Positions 23,768 to 31,430 of a stretch of 32,000 nt of DNA are shown here, piece after piece; the stretch's first letter is position 1, and each line of letters begins with the position of its first letter. The translations under genes and the position numbers were made by a program. The notes beneath the pieces were generated by a model. That model saw only the letters and a list, made by a program, of their open reading frames with translations. It was not told the DNA's origin and ran no database searches. The DNA comes from Breznakia sp. PF5-3 (GTDB lineage Bacteria > Bacillota_I > Bacilli_A > Erysipelotrichales > Erysipelotrichaceae), in contig NZ_JAQFIQ010000013.1 in the NCBI RefSeq assembly GCF_029504745.1, positions 1 to 32,000 of the forward strand, written 5' to 3'.

Positions 23768-24826
23768 ATGAGATTATTTACAGTAGGTCCAGTGGAAATG
23801 TTTGAGCGAACATTAGAAGTTCGTAATAAACAAATCCCTTATTTTCGATGCCAAGAGTTTTCGGATGTAATGTTGGAGATTGAAGAGCGATTAAAAATAT
23901 TATTAAAAACCGATATTGATAGCAAATGTGCAATTATTACAGGTTCTGGTAGTGCTGCTATGGAAGCTGTTGTATCAAATAGCTTAGATGAAAGTGATCA
24001 TGTTTTAGTCATTGATGGTGGTAGCTTTGGAGCAAGGTTTGTCCAACTTTGTGAAATATATAAAATTCCTCATGATGTTGTTAAATTGAAATATGGTGAA
24101 ATTTTAAGTGAAGAACATCTAAAGGCTTATGAAGCAAATGAATATACAGCTATGTTAGTGAATGTTCATGAAACAAGCACAGGACAACTATATGATTTGA
24201 AAATGCTCAGTGAATTTTGTGAGAAGAAAAAAATGAAATTGATTGTTGATGCCATTTCAAGTTTCTTAAGTGATGAATATAAAATGGATGAAATGAAAAT
24301 TGATTGTACGATTATTAGTTCTCATAAAGCATTAGCACTAGCACCTGGTTTGAGTATGGTGATGATGAATGCATCTTTTTATGAAGAAAAGGTAAAAAAT
24401 AAACCAGTTAAGAATCTTTACTTGAATTTAAATGAGCATGTAAAGAATATGGAACGAGGGCAAACCCCAAACACTCCAGCAGTGGGTATTTGTTATGAAA
24501 TGCTAGATATGTTGCGTCATATACAAGAAAAAGGAATTCAAAATATTATTCGTGAGACAAGTGCAAGAGCGACTAAGTTTCGATCAAAAATCAAAGAAAT
24601 TGGTCTTGAGATACCAAACTATCCATTAAGTAATACATTAACACCAGTATATTTTAAAGATGGTAATGCATTTGAAATATATGAATATTTAAAAAATAAT
24701 TATGATATTTATGTTACACCTAGTGGAGGAGCGTTAAAAGATAAACTTCTTCGTGTAGGTCATATAGGGCATATGAAGGATGAATATTATGATGATTTAA
24801 TAATGAAAATGAGAGAGGTCTTATAA
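23768..24826 (+). CDS. Class-V PLP aminotransferase (Ser/Ala-glyoxylate/AEP:pyruvate aminotransferase family)
   Basis: N-terminus FTVGPVEM....IPYFRCQEFSDVMLEIE...ITGSGSAAMEAV and SSHKAL (PLP lysine) fit COG0075-type enzymes. A possible promoter has ttgtat at 23721 and tataat at 23743. Confidence 0.65.
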   Translation: MRLFTVGPVEMFERTLEVRNKQIPYFRCQEFSDVMLEIEERLKILLKTDIDSKCAIITGSGSAAMEAVVSNSLDESDHVLVIDGGSFGARFVQLCEIYKIPHDVVKLKYGEILSEEHLKAYEANEYTAMLVNVHETSTGQLYDLKMLSEFCEKKKMKLIVDAISSFLSDEYKMDEMKIDCTIISSHKALALAPGLSMVMMNASFYEEKVKNKPVKNLYLNLNEHVKNMERGQTPNTPAVGICYEMLDMLRHIQEKGIQNIIRETSARATKFRSKIKEIGLEIPNYPLSNTLTPVYFKDGNAFEIYEYLKNNYDIYVTPSGGALKDKLLRVGHIGHMKDEYYDDLIMKMREVL

Positions 24827-25521
24827 TGAAAGCAATTCTTATGGCTGCAGGAATGGGAACAAGAATTTCATCAGAAACCAATAAACCGAAGAGTTTATTA
24901 CCCCTTAAAAATGAAAGTTTGATTATGCATACGGTTAAGCTACTACAAAAAAATAATATCGATGTGTATATTATCTTAGGATATAAAGGATATACACTTC
25001 GTGAAGAATTAAAAGATATGAATATTACCTTTTTTGAAAATCCTTTTTATGAAGTTACAAATAGTATTGCATCATTATGGTTTGCTCGAGATTTATTAGA
25101 TGGTGAAGATATTCTACTAGCAAATGCAGATGTTTTTTATACACAAGAAATTTTGGATGAATTGGTGAAACAACAAGATGAAGTAACGATGCTTGCTGAT
25201 TCAAGTCGAATCAAAGAAGGTGATTATTTCTTTAAATGTGAAGGTAATAGATTAATAGATTATGGAAAAGAATTAAAGGAAAAAGATCGTAGTTGTGAAT
25301 ATGTTGGTATTGCTAAGATAAGTAAAACATTTTTACCAACATTTAAAAAACAATTGGAAGAGCTTGTGACTACAGGACAATATAATTTTTGGTGGGAAAA
25401 TACCTTGTATAGTATGAAAGACGAAGTTGATATTATCGTGAAAGATATCAATGGATATTTTTGGGGAGAAGTAGATACGAAAGAAGATTATCGTCGTATT
25501 TTAGATTATATTAATAGTTAA
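24826..25521 (+). CDS. LicC-like nucleotidyl (cytidylyl) transferase
   Basis: N-terminus MKAILMAAGMGTRIS....KPKSLLPL is the NTP-transferase signature. 231 aa. The start overlaps the upstream stop (ATAATG). Confidence 0.65.
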   Translation: MKAILMAAGMGTRISSETNKPKSLLPLKNESLIMHTVKLLQKNNIDVYIILGYKGYTLREELKDMNITFFENPFYEVTNSIASLWFARDLLDGEDILLANADVFYTQEILDELVKQQDEVTMLADSSRIKEGDYFFKCEGNRLIDYGKELKEKDRSCEYVGIAKISKTFLPTFKKQLEELVTTGQYNFWWENTLYSMKDEVDIIVKDINGYFWGEVDTKEDYRRILDYINS

Positions 25522-25536
25522 AAAGGGAGGACATGT

Positions 25537-26475
25537 ATGAGATTGAAAAATAGTTTTATAAAAATATTTATCATGTCTCTATGCAATGTCCTTTTTTTAA
25601 TGAATATAGGTTTTATATCTGCTGAAGAAGAGGATGAGGATGTTTGTGGTTTTATCGATGTTTGGTACAAAGAGAGCCGTGTGATTACACATGCACTTGG
25701 TGGCATTGATGGAAAAACTTATACAAATTCAATTGAGGCTTTAGAATATAATTATGAAAATGGAAAACGTTATTTTGAAGCTGATTTCCTAATGACCTCA
25801 GATGGAGGTATTGTATTAAATCATAAATGGGATACGCAAAGGAATTTAGTAGATTATCCAAATGGCTATATACCTAGTAAAGAAGAATTTAAATCCAACT
25901 TGGTACATTATAAGTATTCGCCTACAACAATTATAGAATTGCTAGATTTTATGGATGCACATCCAGATGTGCGAATTGCTACAGATATTAAATATGATGA
26001 TATAACTCAAGTAGAGCAAATCATTGAAAAAATTGTCTTTGTAGCGAAAGATAGAAAGTATGAAGATGTTTTAGATCAATTTATTATTCAGTTTTATTCA
26101 GAAGATAATTATTTTGAATTAAAAAAATTGTATCCGTTTAAAGATTGGATATATGCACTCTATGCAGAAAAAAACATGGATTATAAAAGAGTGGTTGGAT
26201 TTTGTAAAGAACAAGACATTCATGCTGTTCTAATGTCCTATAAATGGGTTGAAGATGAACACACATTGGATATATTTAATGAACATGATATAAAGGTTTA
26301 TGTTTATACTTTGAACAAATTAGAAGATATTTATACTATGTTAGATTTTGGTGCTTATGGCATTTATAGTGATTATGTCACAAATCGAGATTTGTATTTA
26401 AGAGAAATTTATACTTTAGAAGAAATTGCGAAAGTAAATATGGAGATTGCTATAAAATGGTTGATAAATCCTTGA
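25537..26475 (+). CDS. Secreted glycerophosphodiester phosphodiesterase (GDPD) family protein
   Basis: Signal peptide. HALGGIDGKTYTNSIEALEYNYENGKRYFEADF resembles the GDPD H-R/A-G ... E-x-D active-site region. Confidence 0.55.
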   Translation: MRLKNSFIKIFIMSLCNVLFLMNIGFISAEEEDEDVCGFIDVWYKESRVITHALGGIDGKTYTNSIEALEYNYENGKRYFEADFLMTSDGGIVLNHKWDTQRNLVDYPNGYIPSKEEFKSNLVHYKYSPTTIIELLDFMDAHPDVRIATDIKYDDITQVEQIIEKIVFVAKDRKYEDVLDQFIIQFYSEDNYFELKKLYPFKDWIYALYAEKNMDYKRVVGFCKEQDIHAVLMSYKWVEDEHTLDIFNEHDIKVYVYTLNKLEDIYTMLDFGAYGIYSDYVTNRDLYLREIYTLEEIAKVNMEIAIKWLINP

Positions 26476-26499
26476 CATTTTAATAAATAAGTTATACTA

Positions 26500-26640
26500 T
26501 TAGTGAGCAAGAAAGTTAGTAGAAAGCAGAAGTCCCACTTCTCACCTGCTGTCAGATAAGACAAAGGTTTACAGCTACATCATTAGATAACATAATGACA
26601 AGTATGTAAAGTGGGCAATTTATGCTCACTTTTTATATGC
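26500..26640 (+). promoter_or_regulatory. infC-rpmI-rplT leader with terminator/antiterminator alternatives (L20-leader type attenuator)
   Basis: Terminator aaagtgggca/tgctcacttt (26608-26632) plus a T run lies just before the infC SD. Upstream cccactt (26534-26540) is complementary to aagtggg (26609-26615), the 5' half of the terminator. A helix agcagaagt-ccc-acttct-cac-ctgct sits at 26525-26550. Confidence 0.5.
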
Positions 26641-26655
26641 GAGGAGGTGTCTGTT

Positions 26656-27198
26656 ATTAGAAAAGTAGTACCAAATAATGTCAATACAGATTTAGTAAAT
26701 GAAAAGATCCGTTTTAGAGAAGTGCTTGTAATTGACGCAGATGGAACACAATTAGGTGTGATGAGCCGTGATGAAGCATTGAAGGTGGCGTATGATCAAG
26801 AATTAGACTTGTTGTGTGTGGCTCCGAAAGGAAACCCACCAGTATGTAAGATTTTAGATTATGGACGTTATCGTTTTGAAGCGCAAAAAAAGGAAAAGGA
26901 AGCGAAGAAGAATCGACATGTTGTTGAGTTAAAATCGCTACGTTTGCCGCCAAATATTGATAAACATGATTTTGATACAAAATTACGTCATGCACGTAAG
27001 TTTATTGAGCAAGGTCATAAAGTAAAAATCGATATGCGTTTTAGAGGACGTTTGATTACTAGGGTTGATGTTGGTAGAAAAGCAATGAATCAATTCATTG
27101 AAGAAATATCAGATATTGCACAAGTAGAGAAAAGGGCGTCACTTGAAGGGAATACAATGTCTTGTGTGTTAGCCCCACTCACAAAGAAAGCTAAGTAG
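26656..27198 (+). CDS. infC: Translation initiation factor IF-3, probable AUU start
   Basis: SD gaggagg (26641-26647) lies 8 nt before ATT 26656. The product IRKVVPNNVNTDLVNEKIRFREVLVIDADGTQLGVMS aligns with IF-3 N-termini. The ORF upstream of this point has no SD. Confidence 0.85.
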   Translation: MRKVVPNNVNTDLVNEKIRFREVLVIDADGTQLGVMSRDEALKVAYDQELDLLCVAPKGNPPVCKILDYGRYRFEAQKKEKEAKKNRHVVELKSLRLPPNIDKHDFDTKLRHARKFIEQGHKVKIDMRFRGRLITRVDVGRKAMNQFIEEISDIAQVEKRASLEGNTMSCVLAPLTKKAK

Positions 27199-27210
27199 GA
27201 GGAAAAGAAT

Positions 27211-27405
27211 ATGCCAAAGATGAAATCACATAGTGGATTAGCAAAACGTGTGAAGAAAACAGGTTCTGGTAAATTAAAAAGAAGCCATGCTTATACATCT
27301 CACCGTTTCCATGGGAAAACAAAAAAACAAAGAAGACATTTAGCGAAGTCAGCATTAGTAAGTAAGAGCGATTATAAACGTATCAAGCTAATGCTGCCAA
27401 AATAG
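27211..27405 (+). CDS. rpmI: 50S ribosomal protein L35
   Basis: [31 protein letters not shown], 64 aa, SD aggagg. Confidence 0.95.
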   Translation: MPKMKSHSGLAKRVKKTGSGKLKRSHAYTSHRFHGKTKKQRRHLAKSALVSKSDYKRIKLMLPK

Positions 27406-27422
27406 GATAGGAGGAATTTGAT

Positions 27423-28013
27423 ATGCCAAGAGTAAAAGGTGGAACAGTAACACGCGCTAGAAGAAAAAAGACGATTAAATTAGCGAAGGGGTACTTTGGA
27501 TCAAAACACATCCTATACCGTACAGCTAACGAACAGGTAATGCATTCATTGAAATATGCTTACCGTGATAGAAGACAATTGAAACGTGATATGCGTAAAT
27601 TATGGATCTCACGTATCAATGCAGCTGCAAGAATGAATGGATTAAGCTATTCAAAATTAACTTGTGGATTAAAATGGGCGAACATTCAGATTAACCGTAA
27701 AATGTTATCAGAAATGGCAATCCATGATGAAAAAGGATTTACAGCAATCTGTGATGCAGCTAAGAAAGCATTAGAAAAAGGTCCACAAGCTGTTAAAGAA
27801 GAAAAAGCTCCAGCAGCTAAAAAAGCAGAAGCAAAAACAGTTGATACTGAAAAGAAAACAACAGCTAAAAAAGCACCTGCTAAAAAAGTAGCAAAAGCAG
27901 ACGAAGAAAAGCCTGCAGCTAAGAAAACAACTGCAAAAAAAGCAGATGAAGAGAAAAAGCCAGCAGCAAAGAAACCAGCGGCGAAAAAAACAGAAGCTAA
28001 GGACAAAGAGTAA
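27423..28013 (+). CDS. rplT: 50S ribosomal protein L20 with a ~75-aa Lys/Ala-rich C-terminal extension
   Basis: [26 protein letters not shown]... is canonical bL20 for about 120 aa. It is followed by [12 protein letters not shown]...[16 protein letters not shown]. Confidence 0.9.
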   Translation: MPRVKGGTVTRARRKKTIKLAKGYFGSKHILYRTANEQVMHSLKYAYRDRRQLKRDMRKLWISRINAAARMNGLSYSKLTCGLKWANIQINRKMLSEMAIHDEKGFTAICDAAKKALEKGPQAVKEEKAPAAKKAEAKTVDTEKKTTAKKAPAKKVAKADEEKPAAKKTTAKKADEEKKPAAKKPAAKKTEAKDKE

Positions 28014-28031
28014 TCTTTACTATCTGCCCTT

Positions 28032-28496
28032 ATGGAAAAAAACTATGAAATTCGACACACTCTTAACGAACTATTAGTTGGGTTGTTCAACTATATTTTA
28101 TATATTGAGGAACGTAACTTAAAAGATAAGGGAGTAGACCTTTCAATGAATGAAGTTCATATCATTGAAAATATCGAAAAGGGAAGTGACAACTCTATGT
28201 CACATTTGGCTGGAAGAATGATGGTAACCCAAGGAACTTTAACTACCAATGTCGCTAAATTAATCAAAAAAGGATATGTTGAAAAATATCGTGATGAAAA
28301 AGATAAACGTGTATTTCGGTTAGTATTGACGGAAAAAGCGAAGCCTATTTTATCGATTCATGAAGATTTTCATCATAACTTGATTGACAAAGCTATTGGA
28401 GATTTAGGACTTGATGAAAATATTGTTCTGAACCAGACACTTGAAGGTATCTTAGCATACTTTCGAGAAGAATATCGAAATAAGGCGAATATTTAA
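28032..28496 (+). CDS. fabT: MarR-family regulator resembling FabT (fatty-acid synthesis repressor)
   Basis: LVGLFNYILYIEERNLK, MVTQGTLTTNVAKLIKKGYVEKYRDEKDKRVFRLVLTEKA and HEDFHHNLIDKAI parallel my recollection of streptococcal FabT. Located beside acpP/acc genes. Confidence 0.6.
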   Translation: MEKNYEIRHTLNELLVGLFNYILYIEERNLKDKGVDLSMNEVHIIENIEKGSDNSMSHLAGRMMVTQGTLTTNVAKLIKKGYVEKYRDEKDKRVFRLVLTEKAKPILSIHEDFHHNLIDKAIGDLGLDENIVLNQTLEGILAYFREEYRNKANI

Positions 28497-28518
28497 AGCA
28501 CCGAAAGGTGTTTTTTTT
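28495..28518 (+). terminator. Rho-independent terminator after fabT
   Basis: gcacc-gaaa-ggtgt stem with a GNRA loop (28498-28511), A3 upstream and T8 downstream. Confidence 0.65.
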
Positions 28519-28520
28519 GT

Positions 28521-28562
28521 ATCTATTGTAAACAAATGACAACAAAAACGTTTACAATAGAT
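28521..28562. promoter_or_regulatory. BirA-type biotin operator upstream of bioY
   Basis: Perfect 13-bp inverted repeat atctattgtaaac (28521-28533) / gtttacaatagat (28550-28562), 16-nt spacer. The half-sites TGTAAAC/GTTTACA match the bioO consensus. Confidence 0.7.
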
Positions 28563-28602
28563 ATAGGATATGCTATTCTTGTTTACGAAAAGGGGAAATC
28601 TT

Positions 28603-29154
28603 ATGAAATTAACAATCAAAGAAATGTGTATATCTTCTATGTTTGCACTTATTATTGCAATGGGTGCGTTTATAAAGATACCGATATCGCTTGTGCCTGT
28701 TACGATGCAGACATTATTTGTAATACTATGTGCACTATTATTAGGGTCTAAATTAGCCACTTTATCAGTACTCTTGTACATTGCGATAGGATTAGTTGGA
28801 ATTCCTGTGTTTGCAAATGGCGGAGGAATTACGTATGTCTTGCAACCATCTTTTGGTTATTTGCTAGGCTTTTTACTGGCCGCTAAAGTAGTGGGATCAC
28901 TCAAAGATAAATTTACTTCATTTGGGACAATGTTATGTCTTTGTATTTTTGGAATGCTTATTATTTATGCAATTGGGTTTGGTTATTTCTATTTCATTCA
29001 AAATATTTACTTTGGAAAGAATTTTAAATTTGGTTGGATGTTCTATAACTTATTCCTTGTATATCTTCCAGGAGATATTCTTGCATGTATAGCAGCAGCC
29101 ATAATAAAGCAAAAAGTAGCAATAGTTGTGAAATTACCGTCATCTTCTGTATGA
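28603..29154 (+). CDS. bioY: Biotin transporter BioY (ECF S-component)
   Basis: SD aaagggga precedes ATG 28603. Six-TM protein with FIKIPISLVPVTMQTLFV...GIPVFANGGG...PSFGYLLGF, typical of BioY. Confidence 0.85.
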   Translation: MKLTIKEMCISSMFALIIAMGAFIKIPISLVPVTMQTLFVILCALLLGSKLATLSVLLYIAIGLVGIPVFANGGGITYVLQPSFGYLLGFLLAAKVVGSLKDKFTSFGTMLCLCIFGMLIIYAIGFGYFYFIQNIYFGKNFKFGWMFYNLFLVYLPGDILACIAAAIIKQKVAIVVKLPSSSV

Positions 29155-29231
29155 AAACGGATGACATATAAAATAGAATGTTATATAATAGGAATGCTAA
29201 TGATAATAAACTATCCACGTTATTATTAGCT

Positions 29232-29274
29232 GGATGTAAGAATCCCCTCCAAGTTTTCTTACATCCTTTTTTTT
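29232..29274 (+). terminator. Rho-independent terminator after bioY
   Basis: ggatgtaagaa (29232-29242) pairs perfectly with ttcttacatcc (29256-29266), then T8. Confidence 0.8.
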
Positions 29275-29284
29275 ATAAAAAGTA

Positions 29285-29337
29285 TTTACTTTGATAATCG
29301 AACTATGTATAATAGAAACAGCTTTGAATTTCAAAGC
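29285..29337 (+). promoter_or_regulatory. acpP promoter with a FabT-type palindromic operator
   Basis: -35 tttact 29285-29290, 17-nt spacer, -10 tataat 29308-29313. A 17-bp perfect palindrome GCTTTGAAtTTCAAAGC (29321-29337) has the TTTGA-N3-TCAAA core of streptococcal FabT boxes. Confidence 0.55.
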
Positions 29338-29358
29338 AATTTAATTTAGGAGGAACAT

Positions 29359-29586
29359 ATGATGATAGAAGATATAAAAAAAGTATTAGTTGAAGCGATT
29401 AACGTTGATGAAAATGATGTTAAACCTGAAGCAAATTTAAAAGATGATTTAGGGATTGACTCTTTGTCTGCAGTAGAACTTGCATTGGAGCTTGAAACAG
29501 AGTTTGATGTTCGTATTGAAGATGATGAATTAGCTAAGTTAGAAACAGTACAAGATATCATTGATATAATTAATGCAAAGAAATAA
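29359..29586 (+). CDS. acpP: Acyl carrier protein
   Basis: 75 aa with the phosphopantetheine site LGIDSLSAVEL. SD aggagg. Confidence 0.9.
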   Translation: MMIEDIKKVLVEAINVDENDVKPEANLKDDLGIDSLSAVELALELETEFDVRIEDDELAKLETVQDIIDIINAKK

Positions 29587-29592
29587 ACATGT

Positions 29593-29617
29593 AAGCTAAG
29601 ATTTCTTAGCTTTTTTA
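29593..29617 (+). terminator. Hairpin plus T-run between acpP and accB (terminator or attenuator)
   Basis: aagctaag (29593-29600) pairs with cttagctt (29605-29612), then tttt. Confidence 0.55.
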
Positions 29618-29634
29618 TATAAGAGGTGATGGGT

Positions 29635-30054
29635 ATGGATACAAAAAAAGTAAAACAAATAATGGAGTTGTTTGAAGATAGTACACTTATGGAAATGGAT
29701 TTAGAAGTTGAAGATCTTAAAATTCGTATGAAAAAAGCAAGTGCTTCACAACACGTAGTTCCTTATGTGGAATCAATGCCAATCCAAATGGAGCAAGCAC
29801 AAAAGGATTCTTCACATTTAGGAGAGGCAATAAAAAGTCCCCTTGTTGGTACTTTCTATGCCGCTGCTAGTGAAGGAGCAAAACCTTTTGTAGAAGTTGG
29901 TACACAAGTAGCAAAAGGGGATACATTATGTATTATTGAAGCAATGAAAGTAATGAATGAAATCAAAGCAGAGCGTGATGGAACCATTACATCAATTGTG
30001 GTTAAAAATAACGATATGGTTCAATTTGATGATGTATTAATGTATATTGAATAG
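29635..30054 (+). CDS. accB: Acetyl-CoA carboxylase biotin carboxyl carrier protein
   Basis: Biotinylation motif CIIEAMKVMNEI. SD aagagg is 8 nt before ATG 29635. Confidence 0.9.
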   Translation: MDTKKVKQIMELFEDSTLMEMDLEVEDLKIRMKKASASQHVVPYVESMPIQMEQAQKDSSHLGEAIKSPLVGTFYAAASEGAKPFVEVGTQVAKGDTLCIIEAMKVMNEIKAERDGTITSIVVKNNDMVQFDDVLMYIE

Positions 30055-30062
30055 GAGTTTTT

Positions 30063-31430
30063 ATGATCAAAAAGATATTGATTGCAAATCGCGGAGAGAT
30101 TGCGGTAAGAATTATTCGCACATGTAAAGAGATGGGTATCGAAACGGTAGCTATTTATTCAAGTGCGGATAAAGATGCATTGCATGCTCAACTAGCAAAT
30201 GAGGCAATTTGTGTAGGGGGGCCTAAAGCGACAGATTCTTATTTAAATATGAATAATATTATTCAAGCAGCTTGTAGCAGTGGCTGTGATGCAATTCATC
30301 CAGGATTTGGTTTTTTAAGTGAGAATCCAAAGTTTGCTCGTTTAGTAAAACAGTGTGATTTGATTTTTATTGGACCAGACGCAGAGATTATTGAAAAGCT
30401 TGGAAATAAAGCAATGGCAAGAAAAATGATGATGGAAGCAGGCGTACCAGTAGTTCCAGGATCAAAGGAAATTTTGATGAATGTAGAACAAGGTATAGAA
30501 CTTGCTAAGGAAATGAGTTATCCAGTAATTATCAAAGCTTCTAATGGTGGCGGAGGACGTGGTATGCGTATCGTTCATCAAGAAGAGGATTTTGAAGCAG
30601 CATTTCATAGTGCCAAGGCAGAAGCAAAAGCTTGTTTTGGCGATGATGATGTTTATTTGGAAAAATATATTGAAAATCCTAAGCATATTGAGGTTCAGTT
30701 GATTGGTGATTCTTTTGGTAATGTGATTCATTTGTATGAACGTGATTGCTCTTTTCAAAGACGTAATCAAAAAATGATAGAAGAAGCACCATGCCATATT
30801 CTTGATCAAGAAACACGTGAAAAGATGGTAGATGCAGCTGTGCGAGCATGTAAATATGTTGGTTATAACAGTGTTGGAACAATTGAATTTTTGTTGGATA
30901 AATATAATAACTATTATTTTATGGAAATGAATACTCGTATCCAAGTTGAGCATCCGATTACAGAGATGATCACAGGTATTGATATTGTGAAACAACAGAT
31001 TCGTATTGCGGATCAAAAGAAATTAAATATTGAACAGGATGAAATTAAGTGTGAGGGTTATGCACTTGAATGTCGAATTAATGCAGAGGATATTCGTCGT
31101 GATTTTGCACCTAGTCCAGGAAAAATTAATTTTCTTCATATACCAGGAGGAAGAGGTATTCGTCATGATGGAGCTGTCTATTGTGGATATGAAATACCAC
31201 CATATTATGATTCAATGATTTTAAAAATGATCACCTTTGCACCAACGCGTTTAGAATGTATCAAAAAAATGCGTAGTGCTCTTTCTGAGTTGATTATTGA
31301 TGGAGTTCAAACCAATATAGAGTTTCATTATTTAGTATTACATAATAAAAAGTTTGTAGAAGGCAGATATGATACAGGGTTTGCTGAAGAATATATAAAG
31401 GAGTTGAACGCAAATGGAGAATTTATTTAA
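30063..31430 (+). CDS. accC: Acetyl-CoA carboxylase biotin carboxylase subunit
   Basis: MIKKILIANRGEIAVRIIRTCKEMGI, GGGGRGMRIV, MNTRIQVEHPITE. 455 aa. Confidence 0.95.
   Translation: MIKKILIANRGEIAVRIIRTCKEMGIETVAIYSSADKDALHAQLANEAICVGGPKATDSYLNMNNIIQAACSSGCDAIHPGFGFLSENPKFARLVKQCDLIFIGPDAEIIEKLGNKAMARKMMMEAGVPVVPGSKEILMNVEQGIELAKEMSYPVIIKASNGGGGRGMRIVHQEEDFEAAFHSAKAEAKACFGDDDVYLEKYIENPKHIEVQLIGDSFGNVIHLYERDCSFQRRNQKMIEEAPCHILDQETREKMVDAAVRACKYVGYNSVGTIEFLLDKYNNYYFMEMNTRIQVEHPITEMITGIDIVKQQIRIADQKKLNIEQDEIKCEGYALECRINAEDIRRDFAPSPGKINFLHIPGGRGIRHDGAVYCGYEIPPYYDSMILKMITFAPTRLECIKKMRSALSELIIDGVQTNIEFHYLVLHNKKFVEGRYDTGFAEEYIKELNANGEFI

Noticed and set aside
27686-28006. 106-aa minus-strand ORF (Ala/Phe/Ser-rich)
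   Set aside because: It is the antisense shadow of the GC-richer Lys/Ala-coding tail of rplT. The sequence is low-complexity with no translation signals.
4853-28602. Longer N-terminal extensions given by the ORF track (4853, 10122, 11220, 12068, 16540, 17026, 26611, 28570, 29626)
   Set aside because: In each case an internal in-frame start is preceded by a good SD at 5-9 nt and yields a canonical N-terminus (signal peptide, Rossmann fold, IspD motif, IF-3, BioY, BCCP). The upstream codons lack an SD.
28452-28781. ORFs 28452-28781 (-) and 28536-28751 (+)
   Set aside because: They span the fabT terminator, the BirA operator and the 5' part of bioY in the wrong frame or strand. BioY is strongly supported instead.
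12328-31218. Remaining short overlapping ORFs (12328-12630-, 18077-18274-, 18196-18462-, 19496-19825-, 20825-21085-, 21462-21728-, 25260-25451-, 25518-25706-, 26714-26995-, 29024-29218-, 29346-29561-, 30462-31016-, 30679-30882-, 31030-31218+)
   Set aside because: Each is nested inside or antisense to a CDS with clear family motifs. None has an SD or a recognisable motif.
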